From Perkinsus olseni (Eukaryota), in contig JABANN010000085.1 in NCBI GenBank assembly GCA_013115125.1, positions 1-64,000 of the forward strand: DNA of 64,000 nucleotides. The letters are read 5' to 3'. A model generated the notes under the pieces. The model was not told where the DNA came from, did no database searches, and saw only the letters and a program-made list of their open reading frames with translations. Shown here piece after piece: positions 48,942-60,547 of this stretch (positions within the stretch are counted from its first letter, which is position 1; each line of letters begins with the position of its first letter). The translations under genes were made by a program, and so were the position numbers.

Positions 48942-51900
48942 ATGTCATCGGCGGCAGTGCAATCGGCAGCTAGAGCCGCTATGGAGTTGGCCAAAGGTAA
49001 TCATAAAAATACACGGTTTAGCGGTGGTTGATCGGGGACCTTCTGAGAGCGTGTACTCGTCGTGAATAGCGGCAGAGTCGGTAATGATAGTCCCACGGCG
49101 GCGACTGCCGGTCCTCGAAAGAGCCAAGACTAATACAACCTAGGCCTAGGTCGTCCTGAACAGCGGCGGAGGAGGCGTCTGCTGCTTTTTACGTCGCGGT
49201 CTGCCTACTACTGAGAGGCTCTTAGGGGTGCTCACACGCGTCGTGTTGCTGATGGAATCTGGTCAGGTCGAGCGGGTGCACAGCAGAATGATGCCCTTCT
49301 TATTTACCCTCCGGCTGATATAAAATCAGTCATTGACAAGACGGCGGAGTTCGTCGCTAAGCATGGCGATGAGTTCGAGAGGAGGGTTATGGTCCAGCAG
49401 GCTAAGCAGGCCAAGTTCGTCTTCTTGACGCCTGGGAACCCTTATCGGAGGTGGTGGGGGGGCCGTCCGTGCTCGTAATGGTCGTAGCGATACTATCGCT
49501 ATACGAACACTGCGGCTGCAGTATGAGCAGCCTTGATTGTGATCCTTCGTCAAGGACGTGTTGGTGAGGTTATGGTACGCCGATCGCCCTCGGAACGGTC
49601 GTAGCGATAGCGTGTGCAGAGGCTGTGTCTTATTTATTATTGATTGATTTAATTTGTATCCTCTGGACTGCCGGAGCGGCGAAGTCCGTGCTTACAGGTA
49701 TTACGAGCATCGAGTGGCGGAGTTGAGAGGGGGTGTGCAGGGCGAATCAGGCCCGGCCATGCCCAAGGAGCTGGAGGACTACAAGAAGCAGGAGGTAAGC
49801 TTATCGGCTGGTAGCAGCTCGATGGGATCAGCGAAGCCAAGGGAAAGTTCTGCATGTTGTATCGTACACGAGGGTGATGATGAGGAGGTTTCTGTACTGC
49901 TATTCTCTATTCAGTCGTGAGCGTTGTTCCCGCGTGTACATGATATGGAATTCGCGTACCAACTCACAGATGCAGGAGAGAAGTTTTTCGGCTGGAAGCA
50001 TTCCCCTAGATCTACCCATTCGCCTTTCTTGGGGCTCAATTCTACTATCATGAATCACACGTCTATCGGAGATTTGTGGTCAGGAGGAGAAGCGTCGGAA
50101 GCGGGAGGAGCGGAAGATGCTGATGGACGGCCTCGCGAAGGAGGTCAAGCCGCCACCACCGGACGTCTACACGGTGGACCATCCATTTATCGCCCCTATT
50201 GATATGGACATCATCAAGATCACAGCACAGTTCACGGCTAAGAACGGCAATAGGTTCCTCCAGGTAGTGGGAGTGCGCGTGGGCTCAGTGGGCAGCGGGC
50301 GGTGAGTGAGCAGGGAGTGGTAGCAGAGCAAAGAATATTATTCGTGAAGACGTGAACGGTCCACCCTGCAGGGTCAGGGGGAAATTGCGATCGCTCCCGG
50401 GCAGCGTTTGATGGTTGAGAAATCAAAGAGGAATGGCTGAGCTAGAAATTATGGTCCCTTAATATTGTTTCTAAAGAGGTCCCCCAGAGGACGAGGGGAG
50501 TGATCGGTATCGTTGGAGCGGTGAATCAGGCAGTAGCCTTTGCGTCGAGCAAACTGGAAGTCGGTGGTCGCCACTCTTCAGTACTGCCCCAAAAGTGGGA
50601 AGATGAGTGGATCAGTCTCCCTTCTCCCGGGAATATAGCGGGGAAGAAAGGCATTCTGTCCCGCTGGGCCCCCCTGTACTGCCCGGCTTCTTCAAAATCA
50701 CTCTGAATCGGGTCCGCGGTCTTTAGCAGACTCGCTGTAGGATTGTGCGGATCGGCTGCCGGTGTTGTATTATTATAGCGCATTGCGTATTGGCTGCCGT
50801 ATTGCCCGACTCCAAAATTTCTCTGGGTCAACTCGCCGGTCTGGAACATCGCTGGAGGATTGTGTAGATCGGGTCGGGTGTAGCACCATTTCCCCCTTCA
50901 GGGCCTGGCAGCGCGAGAGAGCCGGAACCCCCAGTTCGACTTCGTGAAGCCCAACCATCCTCTGTTCGGCTACTTCCAGGCCCTAGTGGACAGCTACACC
51001 AGGGCCTTGCTTCCCCCACCTGACGATCTGGAGAGGCTCAAGGCGTACAGTCAGTGAGTGCATTCGCCGCCGAAGGCCGGCTGCCGATGCTCGGTGGGCA
51101 TTGTTTTTGTGTTCAGGAATAAGTCGGCGGTGGTGGACCGAGTGATGGGCCGCTTCCAGTACGACCAGCAGGAGGCTCGTCGAAAGGCTGACAAGGAGCA
51201 GCGGGAGAAGGAGGAGAGGTGGGTCGGCGAGGCGCTAATCTCGCGCAGTCGGTGAATCCACTGGATTATTATTTTGTATCCTACCATCTCTTCCCCGCAT
51301 CGTTGTCCTCTGCTGATGACCCAGTTCAATTCCCGTAGGGCGTGCCTGGAGCGATGACTGCGCTTCCGACTGTTCCTGCTGGGCTATTCGTGTCAGTCTG
51401 CGAGTGAATCTTCGTGCTGCACTGGGGCCAGTTCGTCCCGCTGTTCTCACCTACCCGCTATCTTCTATTTGCCATCCTGACGTGTCTTCTCGGTTTCCCT
51501 GTCCTTTGCCGCGGCCCAGCTTCACAGCGAAATTGATGCTTCGGGCGGTTCTCTTCGATCCCGCCTTGTGAGTGCTACTGTGTGTCAGAGCTCAAATGGC
51601 TGCGGTAGACTGGCATGCCTTTGTGGTCGTGGAGACCATCGACTTCAAGCCTGAGGATGACGAGCTTCCTCTGCCGCCACCGATTCTGGGCACTACTGGT
51701 AGCAGAGGTTACTGCTTTCTGTGTATTGCTAGTATTCTTCTGTTTTTGATGGTGGCAGGGAAGCGTCCGTTGACGGAGGCCCCTCAGACTTTGGTCGGCA
51801 GTGCGGAGGCTGCTAGGGCTGTGATCACGAAGGAGAAGGCGGTTACAGGCGAGGTGACGCCTGCTGCGGGGCTTGCTACTTGAAATTTCCTGAAATTTTT

Positions 51901-53626
51901 CCTGAGTCTTTGGAAGGACCGAGTTTGGAATTCTTTCGACGACACTCATAGAGGGAGTTATTGTGAAGAAGTCGTGGCGTGTGTCAGGGCCCTTCGTTCG
52001 TCCAAGAAGAGGAGGAGATGGAGATCGAGGAGGAGGGCGAGGAAATGCAGATGGACGATATACCACCGGAAATGCTCAAGGTGAGGTCTGTCTGGCCTCG
52101 CGAAGTTCAATATTGGCCCGTCCTCAGACTACTGACAGAGCGGCGCGTGCGGAGGTGGAAAGAGAGGAAGAAGAGCAGCCGGCCGAGTCGCTGCCTCTGC
52201 CTGAGCGTGAGCCTATTTGCCGTCCTCTCAGGGGCCGACCATTGGTTGTCTTTCTCAGTTGCACCTGCCCCGGCTGTTGTTCGTACTGACTACCATCGTA
52301 AACCCAAGCGGGCTGTGGAGTCCAGTGAGGATGAGAACAGATTGGTAGGTGTCTTTGTCTCCGCTGATTGAAATCCCAGGGGGGGGGGCGGTCAGCTCGC
52401 TCTGTGCCCGCCTTTCTCTACTTTTTCTATTACGCGCTGTGACAGTCGGTTCCTGAGAGGGTGGGATGCTCTTCTCTGCGCGCGGCTTTCGAATGGCACT
52501 TCGAAGATTTTGGCGAAAATCACACTCACGACCGCTCGGCGTACGAGGGTCTAACTCACGTTTTCTTCCGCTTCCACAATATTCTCATATTTCATCTGAA
52601 CGCTGAGTGAGTGACTCCCTTCAGGTGAAGTGCCCGATTACTGGACAGATGGTTCGGGCTGGCGAGCTGTCGGAGCATCTCCGTGTGGTCCTGCTCGATC
52701 CCAAGTGGAAGGAGCAGAAGGAAAAGGTGGGCTGCGGTGGCGTGGCAGTGGCATCGTGAGCGCTGCCTCCTTTTGCAGGTGTTGGACAGAGCCAGACAGG
52801 ACACCAACTACGATCAAGTTAATATCGAGAGCAACCTTGCCAGCTTCATTATCAAGAGGCCCGATCTGTTCGGTACCGTCGAGGAGGAGATTGAGCATCA
52901 GGTGGGGCCTGGTTATCTGGGGACTTCTCTGGAGCGTCCATTCATGCGCATGTGACGATGGACCAACTTGATCTTCCAAGAGACGAAGGTTCTTTCGTCT
53001 TATGTGAGAGAAGCACTTCAAAGTCGAGACTCTGAACGACCGGTGACGGAAGTTAAGATTTTATTCCGTAGTTAGTGTCCATGTGGATGCCATTAGTTGT
53101 GGCATATTCTACCGTTACCGAAGGGAGTTTATCTCGTGACGTGAATGAGACAAACTTGCCCCGTTGGTGGGATGGCTGGCCCGATGAGTCGTTTCCCATT
53201 GTCTAGTTGAGAAAAAATTTGACGCTTCGACGATTGTCCGATTGTCGTTCCCATCAAGGGAGCTTCTCAAGCTCAGTGCAACAGTTTGACGAAAAATGTC
53301 GATTTTTTTGTGCCCAGACGAGATCTGCTGTGAACAACTTTTCCCAGCCGGATTGTATTTTTTGCTTTTCCTTAGGCTTCAGTGGCCGCCGAGCAGTCCA
53401 TGATGACAGCATCATACGATGCTGGTCCGCAAGCTAGCAACGTGACGGATGCGGCCAATCAGATGCCGGGTCTCTTCGGAATGAGGGGCCCCATGCCCGG
53501 TACGGTTGCCGCCGCTGCTTCGAGTGTGCATCTGTGATTTCAGGGATGCCTCCGCTACCGCCACAGCGCTCTATGCCTCCTATTCCAGCCTCGCAGCAAC
53601 CACCGGCTAAGAAGGCGAAGAAGTAG
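48942..53626 (+). CDS. SF3A1: Splicing factor 3A subunit 1 (SF3A1/Prp21), two SURP domains
   Basis: LIYPPADIKSVIDKTAEFVAKHGDEFE, MDIIKITAQFTAKNGNRFL, NPQFDFVKPNHPLFGYF, VDWHAFVVVETIDF, SEHLRVVLLDPKWKEQK and KRPDLFG. Confidence 0.93.
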
Positions 53627-53954
53627 ACGATGACGCTGCTTAGGTTGAAGCGAGGAAGATATAAAAAACGTTTACTATATTGAACAATCGTATCAGAGGC
53701 AGAGGGCGCGGTTGTTGTGTGAAGTGTTAATATTGCCGGGTCTTGGATGATGGGCATTCTGTCACGCGCCACGAAAATAGATCGTAGATCGCAAGTAGAT
53801 CAAAGCGATGTAGATCGCTCTGTTATTGGTCGTACACTGAAGCGAAGGAGTCGTCTCTCTAGAGTGCCTCTTGTCTATCGCACCGATGCCGTATAATGAA
53901 TCTTACGGCGGTGTGAGCAGCCATTCCGGATCAGGCTGGGCTAGGAAGCATTCG

Positions 53955-56759
53955 ATGGGAGGCAGTGGGCAGTGCAATGGAAAGAAGGGAAAAGGAGGGA
54001 AGGGGAAGGGGAAAGGTGGGCCATAAGGCTCGGTCTCTCTAAATACAGAGCCACTGAGGTGGACCACCTGTTGTCAGCATCGCAGCGCGTTTGTTGCTCA
54101 TGTGGTTGGTTCATGTTATTAGTATCTTGCGCACATCGAAGATTCCGTGCAGGTAAAGGGGGCCCACCGAGGAGGCCAATGCGGTCGGGCGATGTGCGGT
54201 ACAACCAGAGCTTCCAGAACGAGTGCAACGTTAATTCGGACATAGCTGTGCCCCCTCCCCCTGAAACACAGATGTAAACGATCGGGAGCTCTCCGTCCTG
54301 CTTGACGCATTACTTGTCTGCTTGCGAGTGGACTTTCCCCTAAGCCCGGTGCGACTGTATAGTTCTAGCACGACTCGTTATGAGCGGAAGTCCTCGGCCC
54401 TGCTGCAATATGCGCTGATACAAACTCGGCGAGCTTACTAGCGGCAGCTTCCTGATTTCTTTTCTCCTTCTGTCATTATCAGATTCTGGGATGCCCATTG
54501 TCATCTTGATTGGATCATGCTCAAGTCACATATGGGCCGCGCCATCAATCGGAATAGAATAGCGGTCAGAATGGACCTGCAGTTGCCCCTGCTAGACACC
54601 TTCGCCTCCGACAACTTCGGCGAGAGTTTCGGAGGGTGTGTCATCGCTGGCTTTGGATTGTAAGTCTGTTTTTTGGGTCCAGGCGAGGCAGGGTCACCCG
54701 AGTGGCCCTGGCGATGCGGTGTTTGTCATGTCAGGTCAACAGTACATTCCACAGTGGAAATATTGGAATTTTCTAAGACCGCTAATTTCTTGAAGGATAA
54801 AGTCTTCGGTGCCTTTGGCTGTCATCCGCATTGTTGCGAAGAGTGAGTGCTCAGGGGTGGTTATCGTCTCCCCTGGAGAACCCCTCACGTGGAGCTCGGT
54901 CGGCTCCTCAATTTTGTGTGTGGGCTCTCTCTGCATTGTCATGTTGCTGTCACGCGCCGCGGATTGACTTCAACTACTATTTTCACATATTTTCCGTTTG
55001 GAGAGACCAGCTATCAACTCTTGGAAAGGTCAGATGACACGGCAGGACCCATTGATGGGTATATTAGAATGCAGATGGCATACTCCTACTGCCACCCTCT
55101 TCTCCTTCTTCTCAATCTTAGACGCGGCACGGCCATTCTCTGGCCTACCTACTGGCACCGTGACACTTTTTCATCCTTATAGGGAAAATACGGCCTCCTC
55201 CGAAGACTTCACTTCGAGCATCACGATTTGAAATGGAGTATTCATTCACGACAAGACAAATTACGGAGAGCTTGATATTGCCTGGGAATCAATTCCGTGG
55301 CGGAGCGGTTTTTCATAAAATTATCAGTGTTATACTGTTTTCCCCCATGCTGGCTCGCAAGTTCGCGACTGGTTTTCTCATATCGCCCGATGAAACAAGT
55401 CCCTCTCTCCTTGGATGGTCAAGGACTTCACCGCAGATATAGTGAGGAGTTCGAGCAGGCCATCGTGGACGCAACTTCGCATCCCCGAGCGGTGGCCCTT
55501 GGTGAGTGTGGCCTGGATTATTTCGGCGGGGGCGGCAATGTTGCCAAGGACGTCCAGAGGAGGGTGAGGAAGCAGCTCTGCTGTATCCGGCTGATGGTGT
55601 GAGCTCAGGTGTTCGCTACCCAGCTCAATCTACAACCTGTGAAGGACGGCATGCCTGTTGTTCTGCATCTTCGTTGTGCCGAGACTGATTCTTTCAATAT
55701 TATGAAACAACATCTTCCGAGGGACCATCCGTATGTCATCCGATGCTCCCGCTGGTTTGCTCGGCGCGGCTCTGTCGTGGACGAGAGAATTCGAAGTTCA
55801 TGACGCATGATCTTTTGTGGCCCGACACATGCTGTGCGCCATAAATCTCCCCTATGTGCTGCCATGTTGTGGAGTATCTTAGCTTGCCTTGATCAGCATA
55901 CACGTCCACTGTTTCTCGGATTCCCCGAGATTCTTGCGAGCCATCGCCACTGACTTTCCCAACGCTTACTTCGGCTATGCAGGCGTCGTATCATTTGTAA
56001 ATAACCGAGACCTTCAAGAGAGTGTACGAATGTAAGGATTCCTCCCGTCACAGGAATCTTGGCTTCCCGAGCTCTCGGCTCGCTTTCTCGTGCGTCATTT
56101 GCGAAGCCTTCACGGGAAGTCCCTTTCAGTACCCCACTCGACCGTCTAGTGCTAGAGACAGACGGGCCGTACCTGGCACCGGAGCCTTTCAGAGGTAGTC
56201 CGTCATGACACAGTGTTGATTCCCATCACACTGAGTTTAGGTAACGTGGCCCATTGTGGGATGATCCCAGTGGTTGCTCATCACATAGCAAGGATTAAGG
56301 GAATCAACGACGTGAGTTGGGTTGACCCGGTCGACATCGCCCGGATTCGACAACGAGGGTTCTGCTCTCTTCTCGACATCTCCGCAGCCAGTTGTTACGA
56401 GTGTATTGCAAATGTGACAGAAGTTCTGCAGTTGCAAGTTCTGTTGCACAGAACAATGTGCAGAACATAAAAGTTAAATGCACAGAACTTTCTGTGCATT
56501 TAATACAGAAGCCAAGCGCTTCCCCTCCGTGCGGAGGGCCGGACGCTATGCCGGGCTGAGGGCGAGTCTTGCGTGAGTCGTTGCAAATCATCATTTGCTC
56601 TGTGGGACGGTGCTCTGGGGCTCTACCTGCATGGTTAGCCTCGGCAATGCTGAGGGTTATTATGCTTGATTGATGATTCATCAGGTTGATGGTATGATTA
56701 TCAAATGTACGGAGAATACGAGGAAACTATATCGAATTGATGATATCTTACGCAACTGA
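53955..56759 (+). CDS. TatD-family metal-dependent deoxyribonuclease with a KG-rich N-terminal extension
   Basis: WDAHCHLD, ALGECGLDYF, PVVLHLR, HVHCFS and LVLETDGPYLAP. TGA at 56757-56759; start tentative. Confidence 0.9.
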
Positions 56760-58309
56760 GAAATTGTGAAAATCGTCAATTTACTCGCATGAGAAGTCGA
56801 GTGTTGTGTTGTCACGATGAATCGTAGTAGGTGACGTTCCAAAACGGAGTGCCCTGGCAGTTAGCACTCACCAAATGACGAGTATCTTCGCGGAGGACAT
56901 CAGGAAGGCTATCCCAGATCTTTCTGACGCACCCCCCCCCCTGAGCTCGACGGGCCGAGTATCCTGTTCTCACTGCTGGTAGTATCTCACGCAGCAGCTG
57001 GGTGATGCATTCCTGCGATCAGATGAGAGTCGACTTCGCAAATCGTCGATTAAGATCACGTAAACGGAGATCCTGCTATCGATCGAGTTGCAGAGTTTCT
57101 CCAGGAAGTCCCTCGGGACGGACCTAGCCGAGCACTCGATGGCAGCCCACAGGTCGTCTAGTGGAGCTCGCTCGTGATAAAGCGAGCTCGCTTCGTCTAG
57201 TGGATAGCAGGATCGAGAAGCTCCTCACTAAGCGCGGAGGCCATGTAGATGCATGAGAGCATGGTTAGCATGATCTAAGTTTCTTTTTGGAGTTCCATGA
57301 ACTGTGTTGCATAACGAATTGGCACGGCTACCCGGTGAGAATTTTTTTCGCGCGCCCTCGGGTAAGCGAAACGGTCGATCGATTAGCTGATATTAATACC
57401 CTTTGCCGTAAATATATTAGGGCATATCATACTCAAGTTTCAGCTTCAAACACGCTAGCAAGCTAGTATCCTGACTACCGGCTTGGGTTATCTGGTGCTT
57501 GCTCACGGCTCGGAAGTCGAGCGTCGTTCCCCTGACGCTCTCTCTCTTTTTTTTAACCGAGGTCTTCGAGAGGCAACTTGTGCCTGCCGGACCGCGATCG
57601 CCACTTGCAGCATCGCCTTCGGCCTCGGCACAGTTTGCCTTCGCGTTTCCCTCGCTGCCGTCGTGAGGTCCTATCGACCTTTCCGACGCTACCTTGGTAC
57701 CGCGCCTTGCCCCATCTCGGAGACCAGACTCTGGTCACCAGAGGTTTTACCGCCGCTAGCTCCAACTGGGACGAGTTCATTTCGTTTCGTAACTCGTCCG
57801 TAGAGCGATGATTCATCGCTGATGAAACTACGTGATATGAACACGGCATTCGGATTCCTTCTCATGACACGCTACGTCAACTTCGAACGATATTTTTTCG
57901 CGGAAGCAGACTTTGTTGCCTTCTTCAACCTATTCTACTTTCTCGTGATTAACGATTTATTCTCGTGAGTCATGAATAAGTCTACATGAACTCAGGCTCT
58001 GCTCATGACAACGAGCAGATTCGACATCCTAGCCTACAGAATACACTCGTACACACTCGTCACCACGGCTAATTGGCCGTGGTGACGAGTGTTTACATCC
58101 CGAACCACGGCTGTAACTGGCCGCTCTCAAGCCTCTCCTTGCGGGAAGGATGCTCTTCGAGGAGAATGATGCGAAGGCCAAGGTTCGTACCATCGATAAG
58201 AGGCCCCCCACTACGGGCAACTCGACTAACGCAAGAGACACGGTTCACTGCGTATTACGCAGTGCGTAACCTCGTTGGAGGGTTAGCGTAAACGGGCTAA
58301 GAGACGCCA

Positions 58310-58610
58310 GGCTAGGCTTAATGGTAGAAGTCTTAAATTGTTATTTTGTGGTACCATCATAACAATAATTGTCTATTGACCCGTCTACCATAGCAGCATC
58401 CACAATACAAGATGTTATCGCTAAGTTATGAGGTAATCATAGGCAGCGATAGGCTATATAGACGAGGAGGCGAAGGTGAATGAAGGAACGACTTCGTTTA
58501 AGAATCGGCTCGTCTTCAGGAGACAGATTTGATTTCCACTTTGATGGTAGATCAGGCATCCTGGCGAACGGCCAGGATGTTCGAAAGTGGTGTTAGGAAA
58601 AAGCCAGTCG
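58310..58610 (+). repeat. Dispersed inverted copy of the sequence downstream of the array genes
   Basis: Reverse complement aligns to ~22035-22325, and partly to 17170-17280 and 23460-23665. Confidence 0.7.
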
Positions 58611-59099
58611 AGGATATCGACACTCAGACTCTGGTGAGAGTAAGAAGATCTCCTCCGAGTTGTACATTAATCGTATTATCACTGGCAACGAACACGTGTT
58701 TAAGATCACCCGGCTTCAAAGATTTTTCCGGGCAGATACGCTTCACATACTTCAATACCGTCATTTTCAGACCGTGCATTTTCGATAAGCAAAACAGAAA
58801 TTTTATCAGTTCTTCGCTATTAATTTAAGTATGAATCAAAATCGAACACCCGTAGACTCAGTACACTCACACTAATCATATATCTGTGCCACACGCGAAA
58901 CGGCTGATCGATTGTAAATATCTGGGCGCGCGACGAAATTTCACTCATTTTTACCGTGCAGTTTTGTTAAGCAGTTACTCGTTTCTTCACGTTTATGGCT
59001 CGCAAAAACCTTTGACAACCGGAGAGAAAGCGCAGATAGTGAAGCTACTCTCCCAGGCTCTGTCTCAGTTACTGAGACATTACCGATAGAGACGCCACG

Positions 59100-60070
59100 A
59101 AACGATCATTCGGACAGTACCAACTCGGACACTCAAACTGCCCGGCCATATGAGCTTGATTTTCGCGATCCGTTCGCGAAAATCACGCAAGTTTTTGGGC
59201 CCTTAGCTCCCGAGTTCCCTTGCCGTCACGCGCCACAATAATCTTTTTTCAACGAACTTATGTTGGGTCGGTCTCGAAACTACCTCTATTTGCCCCTCAC
59301 GTGTGGTGTCGCGCCAACTCCCATGAACGGACCAGTAACCTGTGTGAGGTTTGTCATCATTCGTTGAATGCATCAGCTTGTATGAGGCGCCCCTTCTATC
59401 AAATAATGACCATAATCGTCGATGGCCTTACTGAGTTTGGCCAGCGCTTCGCTGAGCCTGGGACGCGCGTCGTCAGCCAGCCCAGACACGCAACTTGCAG
59501 GCCGCAAGCTACATCGGAGAGGGCTAGTGCGGCTACGTTTCCGCAGTATGGTGGGACATCCTGGGCTCAAGCGCCAGTCCGTCTGAAGGAAGTCGAGTGT
59601 ATTCAATACTTAAGGGCTTGCAGTGCCACGCTCGCGCGTTTTGGGCCATCCAAAAAGTACGGTGATGAGCAGTAATTCTGATTGCCTAGTAATCAATTTG
59701 TCACCTATGCCCTTACATGTGAGGCTGCATGTGCCCGGAGCTTTTTTAACCTATTCCTTACAATTCGAATATTGCTTCTCTTACGGTGTGTGTCTTCTTC
59801 TGGTTCGGTTGAGTTTCTCTCTCCTCAAGGAATATGCATTGAGTTACTGGGTGCAAAGCAACTGTCTCAGTTGGCACTGTACGAGTTGTAGTGGCGAGCG
59901 AAGTGTCGCTGTCCCAAGTGGTCCTGTCTGAATTGGTCCAGGTCGCCCAGCCGTTTTTGTCCGACCTGCCACTGACTCAGTTGGCAGTGTCCGAATCTGT
60001 GGTGTACGGGTTGATACCTTGTACGAGTTGACCACTGTCCGAATTGGCACTGCCTCAGTTGGGATACACC
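59100..60070. mobile_element. Putative non-autonomous DNA transposon with inverted subterminal short-repeat arrays
   Basis: CAACTCGGACA-like units on + at 59108-59135, and about 10 copies on - at 59860-60065. No transposase or TSD recognised. Confidence 0.45.
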
Positions 60071-60547
60071 CTTGCCCTTGTTGCATGTGGGGCTGGTTGT
60101 GGTTTCTGGTGACCAGAAATTCTGGAAGATACCTGCGAGTACTCACCACAGTACGAGCGTAGTCTGCAGAGACACTTCACTCTTCCGAACTCTGATCAGC
60201 TGACGACAATGAAGTTCGAAGGGAAAGATAAGATCGACGGGAATTGGCGATGATACAGCAGCCAGATGCCTCGGCGTGTGTTACGGGCTAACTGGCAAGG
60301 ATATTATTTCTGAACGCTCAAGGGGCCGGCTTGATTCCTTTTATCGATTGCCACTAGCTGCTAATTGGAATACTGTCAGTACAGCGGGACGGGAATCCCA
60401 TCGTTTGATGACAGATGACTCGAACCGGCAAGATGCGATTTCCGTCAATCCACTGCAGTTTGTGTTGAGTCATGATCCATCGGTACTAGACAGTTCATTG
60501 ATGCGGGTTTGGCGGCCTTCGTAGCGTGCATTCACTGGAATAGTAGT

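Noticed and set aside
56860-57270. Possible small minus-strand gene after TatD
   Set aside because: Short open stretches only; I could not build a consistent exon chain or recognise a domain.
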